Below, in pieces: positions 46,666 to 58,865 of a stretch of 64,000 nucleotides of DNA. How positions within the stretch are numbered: position 1 is the stretch's first letter; every line of letters starts with the position of its first letter. This DNA is from Neovahlkampfia damariscottae (Eukaryota), in NCBI GenBank assembly GCA_016618085.1, contig JABLTG010000043.1, positions 1 to 64,000 of the forward strand, given 5' to 3'. The position numbers were made by a program, and so were the translations under genes. Under the pieces are notes generated by a model. It searched no databases, was not told where the DNA came from, and was given only the letters and a program-made list of their open reading frames with translations.

Positions 46666-47848
46666 TTACAAATGCCCCAGCTCTGAATAAAGAAGTTTGA
46701 CATACCCATTTCTCAACCATTCTTGATTCATCTTCACAGCAATATCATAATGATACAATGCTTGACTATTACTTTCAATTAATTTATAAGCAGTTCCAAT
46801 CAAGTAATGAAAAAAATCATTATCAGGAGAGATATCAAGAACTCTAAAAAATTAAAAATTTACAATAGATAGTATCTTACATTTGACAATCTTCAATACA
46901 CTTTTCATATTGTTCCAACAAGAAATATGACTTTGCTCTCCAGTAAAATACCCATGGATCTACTTCATCTGATTTCATTTTTTCAATGGCATTTGTGAAA
47001 TCTTCAATTGCATTTTCATAGTTGGAAGATCTAAAATAACAATATCCTCTGTCGTACCAATTCAAAAAATCTTCTAAAAAAATTTTGTGTTAAAAAAAAA
47101 AATTTGTGTTAAAACCTGAATTATGTTCAATTGCTGAATTATAATCATTCAAACACTCATCTACTAAATTTTTTTTGTAATACATATTTCCTCTTCTTCT
47201 GAAACAGACAGAAAGCGCAACACCATTGTTTTTATATTTTGTTCCAATGTCAATTCCTTTTGAATAAAAATCAAAGGCGGATGATTCATCCAGTTTGAAA
47301 TACCTATAGATATAAGCCATTTGATAATACGCATCAATATAATTTGGATAAATTTGAATTGCTTTCTTACATGATTCTATGGCTTCATCAAATTTTTCAA
47401 TGTCCATTAGACTCGTTGCTAAAGCGATATAAACAATATGATACTTTGGATTCAACTGAATCGATTTTTGTGACATTATTAAAGCATCTTCATGTCTTTG
47501 AAAGATAGAATAAACATCAGAAAGATCAGCATAAACCAGAGCATCAAGTTCATTATATAACAAAGAATCTTCAAAGTCCAGACGTGAAGATTCATAATTT
47601 TCCAAGTCAAAATAAACACAACCTCTTAAATGAAAATTTTTTGCAAGTTCAATTTTATCTTTTGATTCATGTATTCTTTTTGTATAAAAATTAATTATTT
47701 GTTGTGAGTTTTTCAAAGAAAAGTTGACATTTGGCAAAGTTGTTTTGTGTTCAAAGAAGAAAGTATGTCCTCGGTGATGTTTTGAACCCATTATTCTTTG
47801 ACACCATTCACCTTCAGGTCTTGCTGTTTCTTGTTTTTCGTCTTTCAT
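46666..47848 (-). CDS. TPR repeat protein, 3 exons
   Basis: Several TPR motifs (YIALATSL...EAIESCKKAIQIYPNYIDAYY; WYDRGYCY...AIEDFTNAI). Confidence 0.85.
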
Positions 47849-47905
47849 CAAAATTTAACCAATCAAAATGACAGATGTTGACAGGACAAAAAAAGAACGA
47901 AAAAT

Positions 47906-49171
47906 TTATTCAATTTCAATTACTTTTATTTTTTGTTTCTTTGAAGATGGATTTTCATTTTCTACTTTTCTTTTTACATTTGATAAGAAATTGAAACTCA
48001 TATTGTTCAATCTATTCACTCTTCCCATTAAATGGAAGTTCATTTGAATTGCCTTCAATATTTGATTATTTTTCATTTTTTTATCAATTTTATTTTTGCT
48101 CTTTTTTGATATTTCATTATTCATTCCCCTTAATGACAATGATTTCATTGTGATATTTACATCTAAAAATTCAAAAATGAAATTAATTCCCTGTTTTTCA
48201 TTTAAATAATTTCCATCTAAATTCAAATGTTCAAGTGTTTTATTATTCAATAAACCACTGAGTAAAACATTTATATCATTATTTCCATATTTTCCGCAAG
48301 TGAATAATGATTTCAAAGTTGAATTTTCAGAAAGATATTTTGAAAGAATTTCAACCACTTTATTTGAATTCAGACGATAAAACTGTCCTGTATTCAGTTC
48401 AAATAGTTGAACGGGTAGTTTTTTCAAAAAATAAGTTAGCATTTCTTCTGAAAATGAATTTGGATCAAAGGAGAGAATTTCTAAAGTATCATTTTTAGAA
48501 AGAGCATCACAAATTGAAATCTGTTGCTCTTTTGTTCCATTGAATTCATTTGATGATAAATCAAGATTTGTAATTGAATGATTAATTTCCAAAAAATTTG
48601 TAAACAGATCCAAGCATTGCATGATATTACATGCAGCAATATTCAAAGTATTCAACGTATTATTTTTCAAAAGTGAATCATAAAAAGGTCTTTGCAATAC
48701 ATTTAATGATAAATCTAAATGTGTTATGGTTTTGTTTATTTCAAGAAAATCAAACTGTGCATCTCTGATACAATTATTTGGAAGTCTTAAATGTTCAATA
48801 GTATTATTTTTTTTCAAAGCTTTGTTTAGATATTCCATTTCTTCATCTCTTATAGTGTTTAAACCAAGAACTAACTTTGTAATAGTGTTGTTGTTTTTTA
48901 TAACATCTGAAATATATTTAATAGCTGAACCATGTAAACCATTCCTTTCCATATGTATTTCTGTGATAGTTTTGTTTATTTGAAGCATATCACATATTTT
49001 TTTTGTGGTTTGAATTCGTAAATTTGTGTTGTCCAAAATTACTTTTGTGAACGAGGTATTCAACTCCAAATATTTCGCTAAATATTTCACTTCTGCTGTA
49101 TCCAAATGCATATTCTCAAGAGATAAATAATTACTCTTATTTGCTTGAAGGTCTCTCATCAACCTGCTCAT
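47906..49171 (-). CDS. RNI-like leucine-rich repeat protein
   Basis: Repeated NxTIxxLxLxxN units. Confidence 0.9.
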   Translation of the reverse strand: MSRLMRDLQANKSNYLSLENMHLDTAEVKYLAKYLELNTSFTKVILDNTNLRIQTTKKICDMLQINKTITEIHMERNGLHGSAIKYISDVIKNNNTITKLVLGLNTIRDEEMEYLNKALKKNNTIEHLRLPNNCIRDAQFDFLEINKTITHLDLSLNVLQRPFYDSLLKNNTLNTLNIAACNIMQCLDLFTNFLEINHSITNLDLSSNEFNGTKEQQISICDALSKNDTLEILSFDPNSFSEEMLTYFLKKLPVQLFELNTGQFYRLNSNKVVEILSKYLSENSTLKSLFTCGKYGNNDINVLLSGLLNNKTLEHLNLDGNYLNEKQGINFIFEFLDVNITMKSLSLRGMNNEISKKSKNKIDKKMKNNQILKAIQMNFHLMGRVNRLNNMSFNFLSNVKRKVENENPSSKKQKIKVIEIE

Positions 49172-49292
49172 CTTTAAAGAAACTGTTTGATTGGTTGAAA
49201 AAAAATTGAAAAAATTGGAAAATTTATTGAAATCTAAGCTCACCTCCAGATCTGATATTTACAATTCTATTTCGGAAATAGTTAGATTTTGT

Positions 49293-50474
49293 TCAATCTC
49301 TTTCATCAATGGTTACTTTTTGTTTTTTCTCTGGAGTTTCAGTGAACAAAATTCTCCTTTTTTCGAATCCCTTTTTATTCAATTTCTTTAACATTTTCAG
49401 TTGAACATTTGGATTTCTTATCGAAAATATCAATTTTGGATCTGTTTGTTCAATAAACCCTTGAATTTCTTCAAATGAAGCATGCATTGAATAAATCACA
49501 AACTGAGAATAAAATTAAAAATTCATCAAAAATTACATGGATATTACATGATCTAATTTTTGATAAACTAGAGACCTCAACTCCAATGGATTCTTTAAAA
49601 TCTTGTTTTGACCACATAGTTGATGATCTAATGCAATAATGATCATTAAAAGGATCTGATGCCATTTCAACTAATTTTGAATAACTTGTCACAGTAAAAC
49701 GTGATTTAGATTCGTTTAATGTGAATATATCATCTAAAAACACCAGTGATTTCAATTTACCTATTCTTCTTGCTTTCAAACTTTTCACATCAACAAAAAT
49801 TTTTGTTTTGAAATTTTGGGCTATTGAGAGGAGTACTGCTTCTGATCCCAGAATATCATTTGAAATTGCTATTTTTTTATCTTTTGGTTGTTCTTCTATC
49901 AGTTTTATAATACAATTTATTGAAGAATCACGAGTAGGAATTGAATTGTAAAATGCTTCACAAAATGTGGTGTCAAAATACAATTTAGTTATTTTTTGAT
50001 TTTTTAATTCATCTAACATTTTTTCTATTGATAAATCTTTGTAAGAATCAATTTCAAATCTGAAATCTCCTGTGTACAATATTTTTTCATTTTTTGTTTC
50101 AAAAAGAAACATCAAAGAACCAGGACAATGATTTGCATTATATACTGACATTTAAATATTCATTTTCTATTGATAGTTTAACTTGACTTGTTGTTCCTAC
50201 TTCAAGACTTTTCTAAAAAAAGAAATTAAGTATTTTCAAGAAGAAATACGATTTTATCACAAGGTATATTTTTGAATTTTTTTGTTATGAACTTTTTGGT
50301 TATTGATGAGCAAAAAATTAATTTTTCATTTTCCAAATTTTGTTTTGTTAATGAGGCCAGTCCTGCATAATGATCTGAATGAAAATGGGACAGAAAGTAA
50401 TGTTCAACACCTCTAGTTCTTTTAAAGTCATCAATTGATATCGGTATTTTTGGTAGTATTCCACTGAAACTCAT
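49293..50474 (-). CDS. DCLRE1C: SNM1/Artemis family metallo-beta-lactamase beta-CASP nuclease
   Basis: ISIDDF, FLSHFHSDH, ANHCPGS, LYTGDFR, YFDTTF, YSMHAS; very short N-terminus as in Artemis. Confidence 0.8.
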
Positions 50475-50693
50475 TGTCTCTTTTGTTCGTGAAAAATGAT
50501 GAATCAAGTGAATGAAAATTTGACCTATCATTTTGCAGTATTATAAATCGAACTAAAATTGAGAAATCAAAGTAAAAAATGTAAAAACTATGCAAAAGAG
50601 TTTTTGTAAGTTTTGATTGAAAAAGATATTTTCTGTTACACCAATCAAATAAGAGAATTTTCATTTTTCAAATCATAACGGTGATCAAATCAA

Positions 50694-51431
50694 ATGAAAT
50701 CAAGCAATGTATCAAAAACATCAAACAACAACGATACACCAAATAAGCAATTATTTTTAACTGAACTTGCTAACTTCCTCAAAACCAGAAACAAGAGTAT
50801 TTCACGAATCCCTACACTTGGTCACAAAGAACTTGATTTACAGGCGTTATACAAAGAAGTACTGAGTAGAGGAGGTGTTGAAGAAGTAAGATATTTTTTT
50901 ATTTATACCTCAGGTTATCCGAAACAAACAGTGGCATAATGTTGTGAAAGCGTTACAACTACCATCAACTTGTACAAACGCTGCTTTTGCTTTACGTACT
51001 CATTATATTAAATATCTAAAAGATTATGAATCCTTTCAAAAAGGTATACCGTTTGAGGAAAATAGTTCTTCTGAAGTTGACCAAGAAGCAGAAGATTCAG
51101 CTTCTTCAATTGATGAAGAAATTGTCTTCACCAGAAAAAAAAGAAAATTTGAAATAGATTTGGATGACCAGAGAGAAACCAGCAAAAAATATAAAATGGT
51201 TTGAAAATTCAAAAAGTTTAATTTTTAAAAAAGAATGCTTTGGACGTTGAAAGACTTGAAGATAAAAATCTTCAAAAATATCAAAGGTTGTATAATTTAA
51301 ATACTGTTACACAACAATCTGGACGTGAAGATTTGCTTCAAGCAATTTTTGACCACCTTGCAAAACAAAAAGTTTTGGAAATTCAAACAATCACTGACTT
51401 TGAAGAAACATTAGCATATGATGGTAACTGA
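50694..51431 (+). CDS. ARID/BRIGHT domain fused to a SAP30 Sin3-binding-like domain
   Basis: IPTLGHKELDLQALYKEVLSRGGVEE|VIRNKQW...LRTHYIKYL; C-terminal LDVERLEDKNLQKYQRLYNL...REDLLQAIFDHL...EIQTITDF; introns 50886-50913 and 51199-51233. Confidence 0.8.
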
Positions 51432-51652
51432 TGGAAAGCCGTACTATCAAACAAAATTATGTAACAATAAAATTAATTTATTATCCCATCATATCATTAG
51501 AAATATTTCTCATCTCTTTTAAAATAGTATAAATCTGTGAGCTAAGTCCACAGGATTTGATTTAGTTTTCAAATTTAATTTCAAAAACTCATCTCTCCAT
51601 TTGGAAGTTTTCTTTTTTTCAAACCACCAATCAAAATGTTTATTGTTTCGAA

Positions 51653-52704
51653 ATGAGTGAAAAAAAAACAAGTTACTTGCAAGTAGCTGCTTATGACATT
51701 GCATCAGGAACAGTAGGTGGAATAGCACAAGTTTTAGCTGGACATCCATTGGTATTGAATTATTAAAAAAAATAATTTTTTTAGGATACAGTTAAGGTTC
51801 GTCTCCAAACACAACCAACACCAAAACTAGGTGAATTGCCTAAATTCAATGGAATGTTGGATTGTTTCAGCAAAACCATTAAAGGAGAAGGTAATAAAAT
51901 TGACATTTAATTTTATTTAGGATTTGTTGGTAAGATCAATGTTAAATGAACTATTTTCTAGGTTTATATAAAGGAGCATCCAGTCCAATTCTTGGAGCAA
52001 TGGCTCATAACGCAGGTTTATTTTTTGTTTTTGGCCAATCCAAAGAATTGGTAAAGAGATATTACAAAAATACAACTGGTAAAATGACAACAAAAGAATA
52101 TTTTATGGCTGGATTAATAACTGTATTGAATTAAGATTTGTTTTAATTTCATATTAAAAAGGGTTTTTATTCAACAATCATTGAAACACCAATTGAATTA
52201 TTAAAATGCAAAATACAAAATCAAGTTGGGAAAGGTGAATACTCTGGTGTCATTGATGCTTCTAAAAGAATATATACAAGATATGGTGTCAGAGGATTAT
52301 TTCAAGGAGGATCTGCAGTATGTCTGAGAAATACACCATGTTTTGCTGCTTATTTCACTTCATTTGAAGTTACAAAGAATTATTTAACACCAACAGGTGA
52401 AGTTCCTTCTTTGCTGACCAGTTTTCTTGCTGGTGGTGCTGCAGGTTTTGCATTTTGGGGTGTATTTTATCCATTTGATATTATCAAAACAAAAATGCAA
52501 ACAGATGCCACAGAGATTGAAAAAAGAAAATACAAAGGTATTTTGGATGTCTTTCAAAAAATTCATAAAGAAGATGGTATCAAAGGATTTTACAAAGGAT
52601 ATTTACCATCAACTGTCAGAGCAGTTTTTGTTAATGCTACTATTTTTATGTTTGTAGTTGCTGCGAAAAGAGCATTAGGAGATGAAGGAGTCGCTAATCA
52701 TTAG
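51653..52704 (+). CDS. Mitochondrial carrier (carnitine/acylcarnitine or ornithine-like SLC25), 5 exons
   Basis: [36 protein letters not shown] signatures. Confidence 0.92.
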
Positions 52705-52910
52705 AATAAAATCACTCAAGTTATTTAACAACTTCATTTGATTGAGAGGACTCCTTATTGAAAACAGAATTCACACAAATCCACCCTTTTTGAATTTAAA
52801 ACCTAAATTTTAATGGACAAAAACTCCGAAAAAAAACCCAAATAAGGAATTATTTTTTTTTTGTCCAATAAAAGTTCTTGACTAAAACTGAAAATCACTT
52901 TGTGCACATC

Positions 52911-55900
52911 ATGACAGATTTCCAAATTCCAAAAGATTTCAAGGTTCAAAAAGGTGGAATGATACACCAGTCAAACAACAGTCATGTCTACTTGGGTGAC
53001 TTTAATTCACAACCTTCGATTTTAAAAATATTTCCGTCTAAGTATCCTTCAGAAGAAATCATCAGATTCTACCAAAAAGATTATCAAATTAACATGCTAC
53101 TCTATGAAAAATATCCAAATCATTTCAGTAAACCAATAAAATTCAAAAACGAAGAAAATGAACTTTACTCCATCAAGTCATCACTTGGAATTTCATTACA
53201 ACAACATCAAAAAGAAACAAAAACATTCAATACTCCAGAATTTTTGAAGTTAGGAATTCAAATTTGTCAAGCTCTTCATTTTATCCATGAACAAAACGTA
53301 ATTCATTGTGACATCAAACCACAGAATATTATGTATGATAAAAAAAAAGACAGTTGTTCTATTATAGATTTTGAATCAAGTTTTATAGTTTCGTTAAAAA
53401 ATCCAGCTGTTTCAAAAACTACAAGAGGTAACAAACATTTTTTTTCATCAGTTTTTATTTTCAAAAGGTACTTTCAGCTTCATGAGCCCTGAACAAACAG
53501 GAAGAACAACCAAGTCTATTGACAAAACAAGTGATATTTATTCATTAGGAATCACTTTTTATTATATGCTCACTGGTGAATTACCTTTTCAAGGAGAATA
53601 TAAAGATGTAATTTATGCTCATATTGCCATTCAACCACCTCTAATATCTAGTATTAGACATGATATTCCAATTGCTCTTGAATCTGTAATTCAAAAAATG
53701 ATGAAAAAAAATCAAAAAGATAGGTACTACTCAGTGATGGGAATTAAGAATGAATTAGAATTCATTTTGAACAATTTGGAAAATAAGGAAAAAATACAAA
53801 ATTTCAAAGCTGGTCAATATAATTTAAATGACATTTTTTCTTTTCAAAATAAGATTTATGGAAGAGAAAAAGAGAAACAAATTTTCAAAGAAAAGATTCA
53901 AAAGATTCAAATGAATAAAACAACTGAATTGGTAATGATTTCAGGAGCATCTGGTATTGGAAAATCTGTATTTCTACTTGATTTTTTTAATTTTTGAATA
54001 GAGTCTTGTCGCTGAACTTCTTGGTGAAAACCATGAAAATCTTGTTATCTCCGGGAAATTTGACCAATTTATGCAATCACCTTTTGATGCTGTCGTTCAG
54101 TAAAATATAATTCAACTAATATTTTTCCAGAATTTTGAAAAAATATTTCCAAACTTTATCCAGTGAATCAAAAGAGAATTTGAAAATTCACAAAATGAGA
54201 ATGTTAAACGCTTTGAAAGGTAGAGGGAAAATCATCACTGGATTAGTTCCTGAAAGTAAATTCATTTTAGGAGAACAAACTAATTTACAACAATTTCCAA
54301 ATGAAATACAAGAGCAAAAGAGATTTATTGAAACATTAGTCGATTTTTTCAATTATATTTCCGATAATCAATTGGTTTGTTTATTTTTTGATGATTTACA
54401 ATGGTCTGATATTCCCTCTCTACAATTTATTGAAGCTTTGATTAAACAACAGAAAAGTAATATTCTGATTATTGGGGCTTACAGAGATAATGAAGTATCT
54501 TCGGTTCATCCAATGGTTGCAATTCTTGAACCAATTGTCAAAGAAAAAAATTTCGAAACTATAAAATTGAATAATTTGGATACAATTTCCATTGAACAAA
54601 TGTTAAAAGATGCTTTAAGTTCAGATAATGTGAAGACACTTTCAGATTTAGTTTTCAAAAAAACTAATGGAAATCCGTTCTTCATTCGTGAATTTGTTTT
54701 CAATCTTTATGACAAGAAATTCATCAAATTTGATTACTCAAATGAAAAATGGACATGGGATTTAGAAAAAATTTCAACAACAAAATTCAGTGATAATGTT
54801 GTTGAATTTATGATTCAAAAAATGCATGATTTTCCATCTACCACCAAAAAAATTTTGAATATTGCATCTTGCATTGGATGTGAGTTCACATTGGACATAA
54901 TAGCTATCATACAAAAAAAGTCAGAAGAAGAAATTTACAGTATTCTTGTGGATCTAATGAAGAAAGGTTGGATATTCGAAATTGATAATCATTTTAAATT
55001 TGTTCATGATCGTTTACAACAAGCATCTTATGAAATTTTTCAAGATAAAAAACAACTTCATCTTGAAATGGGAGAATTACTTTATAAAAAAGCTACACAA
55101 GAAAATGAATTAGAAAAACATATTTTTGATATTTCAAATCATCTGAATTCATCTGGTGAGTATTTTAAAGATAAATTGAAGTTAATTGAGTTGAATTTAC
55201 TCGCTTCTGATGCAGCTCTCTCAAGTCATGCTTTCACACATGCTTTGGAGTTTACCAAGAAAGCTCAAAGTTTATTACCAAAAAATTCTTGGGAAACTGA
55301 TCATCATTTAACATTCAACGTATTATCAAAGCTTTCTTCGAATTTTTATTCAAACAGGATGATGGATGATGCTTTAATCATCCGTGAAGAATTATTTGAA
55401 AATTCAAAAACCAATATTGAAAAATTAAAGGTTGTTTCGCCTCTTATAAAATTACATTTGATCAAATTGAATTATAAAAAAGCTACTGAATATATCTTTG
55501 CTATTTTTGATTTATATGATTTCACAAAAGAAACAACAACACTGAAAGATCCAAATGAGATTAGAAAATTCTCTGTCAAACTTTATAATGAAATTAAAGA
55601 ATTTATAAAGAAAATTGAAACAACAAAAGAATTTTTAGATGCAATTCCAAATCACTCAAATGAAGAAATGACTTTATTTTGTGAATTTAATATCAGTGCA
55701 AATAGTGCTTTTCATCATATGTGGAATTTTGAAATGTTAATTGCTTCTCGTCTTATAGGAGCATTGGCTATTATCAAATTCGGTTACAATGATTACGCAG
55801 CAGGTTTATTAAGTTCTGGGTCTTGGTTTGGTCATTGTGTATTCAAAAAATCTGATTTAAAAAAAATTGGACTCTTTGCATATGATTTATTCAATCGTAT

Positions 55901-58346
55901 CGAAAATCCAACATTAAAACTATTTGCTATGATGACGCTTGCTTACAATTTTCAATTTTGTGGAAGTGCTGAACAAGGAATGGAAATAGGACATAAAGGA
56001 TATACTTTAGCTTTGAGTGTTGGTGAATATACCTATGGACCTCAATGCATCTGGGCAGAATTTGAATTCAAATTGGTTACTGGATGTAACTTTGCAAGAT
56101 TATACAATCAAATTGAGTCTGCAAAGAAAATTATATATGGGGCAGGGAATATTTTCATTGGTGATTTGATTGAATTGGCTTCTGAAAGATGTGCAGTTTT
56201 AACTGGGAGGAAAAATGAATTTTCTCCAAAGATCAAAATTCCTAATTTCGAGACTCGTGAATTAACAAGATCAATACTCTCATGTGCAAAGATTTTTGGA
56301 TTGTATTTATTAAGAGATTATGATTCTGCCAAAAAGTTAGTTGACGAATTTTCATCAATCTCTGTTGAATCTATTGGACTTCCAATGCATTATGAAGTTT
56401 ATTTTTATTCAATTCTTGTCTGTTATTCATTATCATCACCAATAGATTATGTAGAAGATATCAAAAAGAATTTAGATATTTTGAAAGAGCATTATGATAT
56501 CAATCCTCAATACTTTTCAGCTCAATATTTTCTTGCTGATGCAATCTATCAATCTTTAGTAAATTCAAATACTCAACAAGTGTTCAATTCATTCCTAAAA
56601 GCATTGAAATACTCAAAACACATTGATTTTCATTCTGCTTTGACTTATGAATATTTTTCTAAATTTTGTAATCAAAATGCTGAATTTGCTGAATTTGCTG
56701 ATTTCTTTGAATCAAAAGCATTTGTAAAATATAAACGAATGGAAGCTTTTTGCAAATATAAGCATCTCAGAAATATAGACTTTATGAAAACAGAAGGATC
56801 AACATCAGATTCAACGTCATTGAATCAAATTTCTTCTTCTCCGTTCAGTGGTATAACATCATATGCAAGTGGAAACTCAATTGATCTTCAAACGATTCTT
56901 AAATCATCAGAAACGATTGCAGAAGGATTGAATAAAGAAAAACTGTTAAAAAAATTAAATCAAGTGATTGTTCAAAATGCAGGTGCTGAAAAGGGTTACA
57001 TCATTTTAAAAGAGAACAATAAATTCATTATTAAAAGTGAATTTTCAAAAAAGAAAGAAAATGAAAATTTAGAAATCAAAGAACAAACAAATTTGTTATC
57101 CATCAAAATCTTCAATACTTGTCTAAACCAAAAAGACACAATCATTTTAAAAAATGGAAAAGAAGAATTACCAAATGATGAATATGTTCAAGAAAACAAT
57201 ATTAAATCTGTTATCTGTGCACCAATCAAAAGAGGTGGTAATATTTTAGGTATTTTATATTTGGAAAATAATTCAATGGAAGGAACATTCACACAAAGTA
57301 GAAAATTCATTTTTACACATATTCTTTCTCAAGTAGCTATTGCAATTGAAAATATTACTTTGTTTGAAGATGTCAAAACAATCAACACAGCCTATGCGAG
57401 ATTCCTTCCATCTGAATTCTTAAATCAATTATCAAAAAAAGACGTTCGAAATATCCAACCTTCTGATTCAGTTGAAAAGAAAATGACCATTTTATTTTCC
57501 GACATTAGAAATTTCACTTCAATCACAGAAAAAATGAATGCAAAAGAGTCATTTGAATTCGTCAATGAAATTTTAAGTAAATTGGCTCCTTCAATTTCTT
57601 CAAATAATGGGTTTGTTGACAAATTCATTGGTGATTGTGTGATGGCTATTTTCCCTATTTCTCCTTTAGATGGTGTGAAAGCAGGAATTCAAATGTTAAA
57701 GTCATTAGAAGAATTAAATAAAACCAAAGATACCCATATTAATATTGGAGTTGGATTAGCTTTTGGGAATGTCATGCTGGGTACATTGGGATTTGAACAA
57801 CGTTTAGATGCAACTGTAATATCAAATATTGTCAACACAGCATCAAGAATGGAATCTCTCACCAAAACATTCGGAGTGAATATAATCATCACAGAAGAAG
57901 TGTTTGAAGAAATAAAAAATGATTCTGAGTTTATTTGTAATTTATTAGGTAGATTTTATTTAAAAGGACAGGAAAATGCAAAAAAATTGTTTGAAGTTGC
58001 ACTTAAACTTGATAAATACACATCAAAAGATGCTGAATTTCAACTTGGTGTGAAGTTCTTTTCACAAAAAAAATTCATCGAAGCTTTGAAAATATTTGAA
58101 GGATTGAAAAATGAAAAGAAAGTTTGTGAGTATTATATTAATGTTTGTGAATTATATGAGCACAGTAGTTTACCTGAAGGTTGGAATGGTGAAATTAAAT
58201 TATCAAAAGATGGAGATCCTGAATTATTCACTTCAGAAGAAATCTTCAAAAAGAAGGAGAAAATATTAATTCAACAATTGATGAGAAATCCAGAAAAATT
58301 TGCATTCATATTGGAAGAAGCAAAAAAATTTGATCAAAAAGAATAA
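52911..58346 (+). CDS. Ser/Thr kinase - AAA ATPase - helical repeat - GAF - class III nucleotide cyclase multidomain protein
   Basis: IHCDIKPQN, MSPEQTGR, ISGASGIGKS, FDDLQWSD, GNPFF, FVHDRLQQA, GAF (ILYLEN), ILFSDIRNFT, DKFIGDCVMA, NTASRME; three introns near the 5' end. Confidence 0.93.
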
Positions 58347-58865
58347 ATTTTTTTGAGAGTTTGTTGATGAAAAATTATCGATTTAGTGTGTGGCGGGAAG
58401 TTGTTAATAAATAAATTTATTTACAAAAAGGCGGAAATTCAAAACTTGACGGTTTCTCTTCCTACTTCGCCCTAAGCAATTTAAAAACTCCAATCTAATT
58501 GAAGCATTCAATTTATTACTTTAATTTACAATTTCCATTTTACCAATTAAAACATAACAAAAAGGAATAAGATAAAAAACTGGTAATATGGTAAGGTGGT
58601 TTCTGAAATTTTATAAAATTTTAAAAAAATGGTCAATTTTACAGGAAAGGATTTTAAGAGCTGACCTACCTACCAGATAACCAGAAAATAAAGATTGGTA
58701 ATTAAATATCAACAACAACTATTGGGGTATCATTGGCAACTGAATGCCAACAACAAAATTTTTCGGAAAATTAATGTCCAACAGAAACGAAGGAAAATTG
58801 AAACTCGAGTTTGAAAAAATAACCAATCAAATTATTTTTTTTTAACTTTCAAACAAAGAAAATAA

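Noticed and set aside
52911..58346. Bacterial contamination
   Set aside because: The gene has GT-AG introns and host-like composition and is contiguous with eukaryotic genes.
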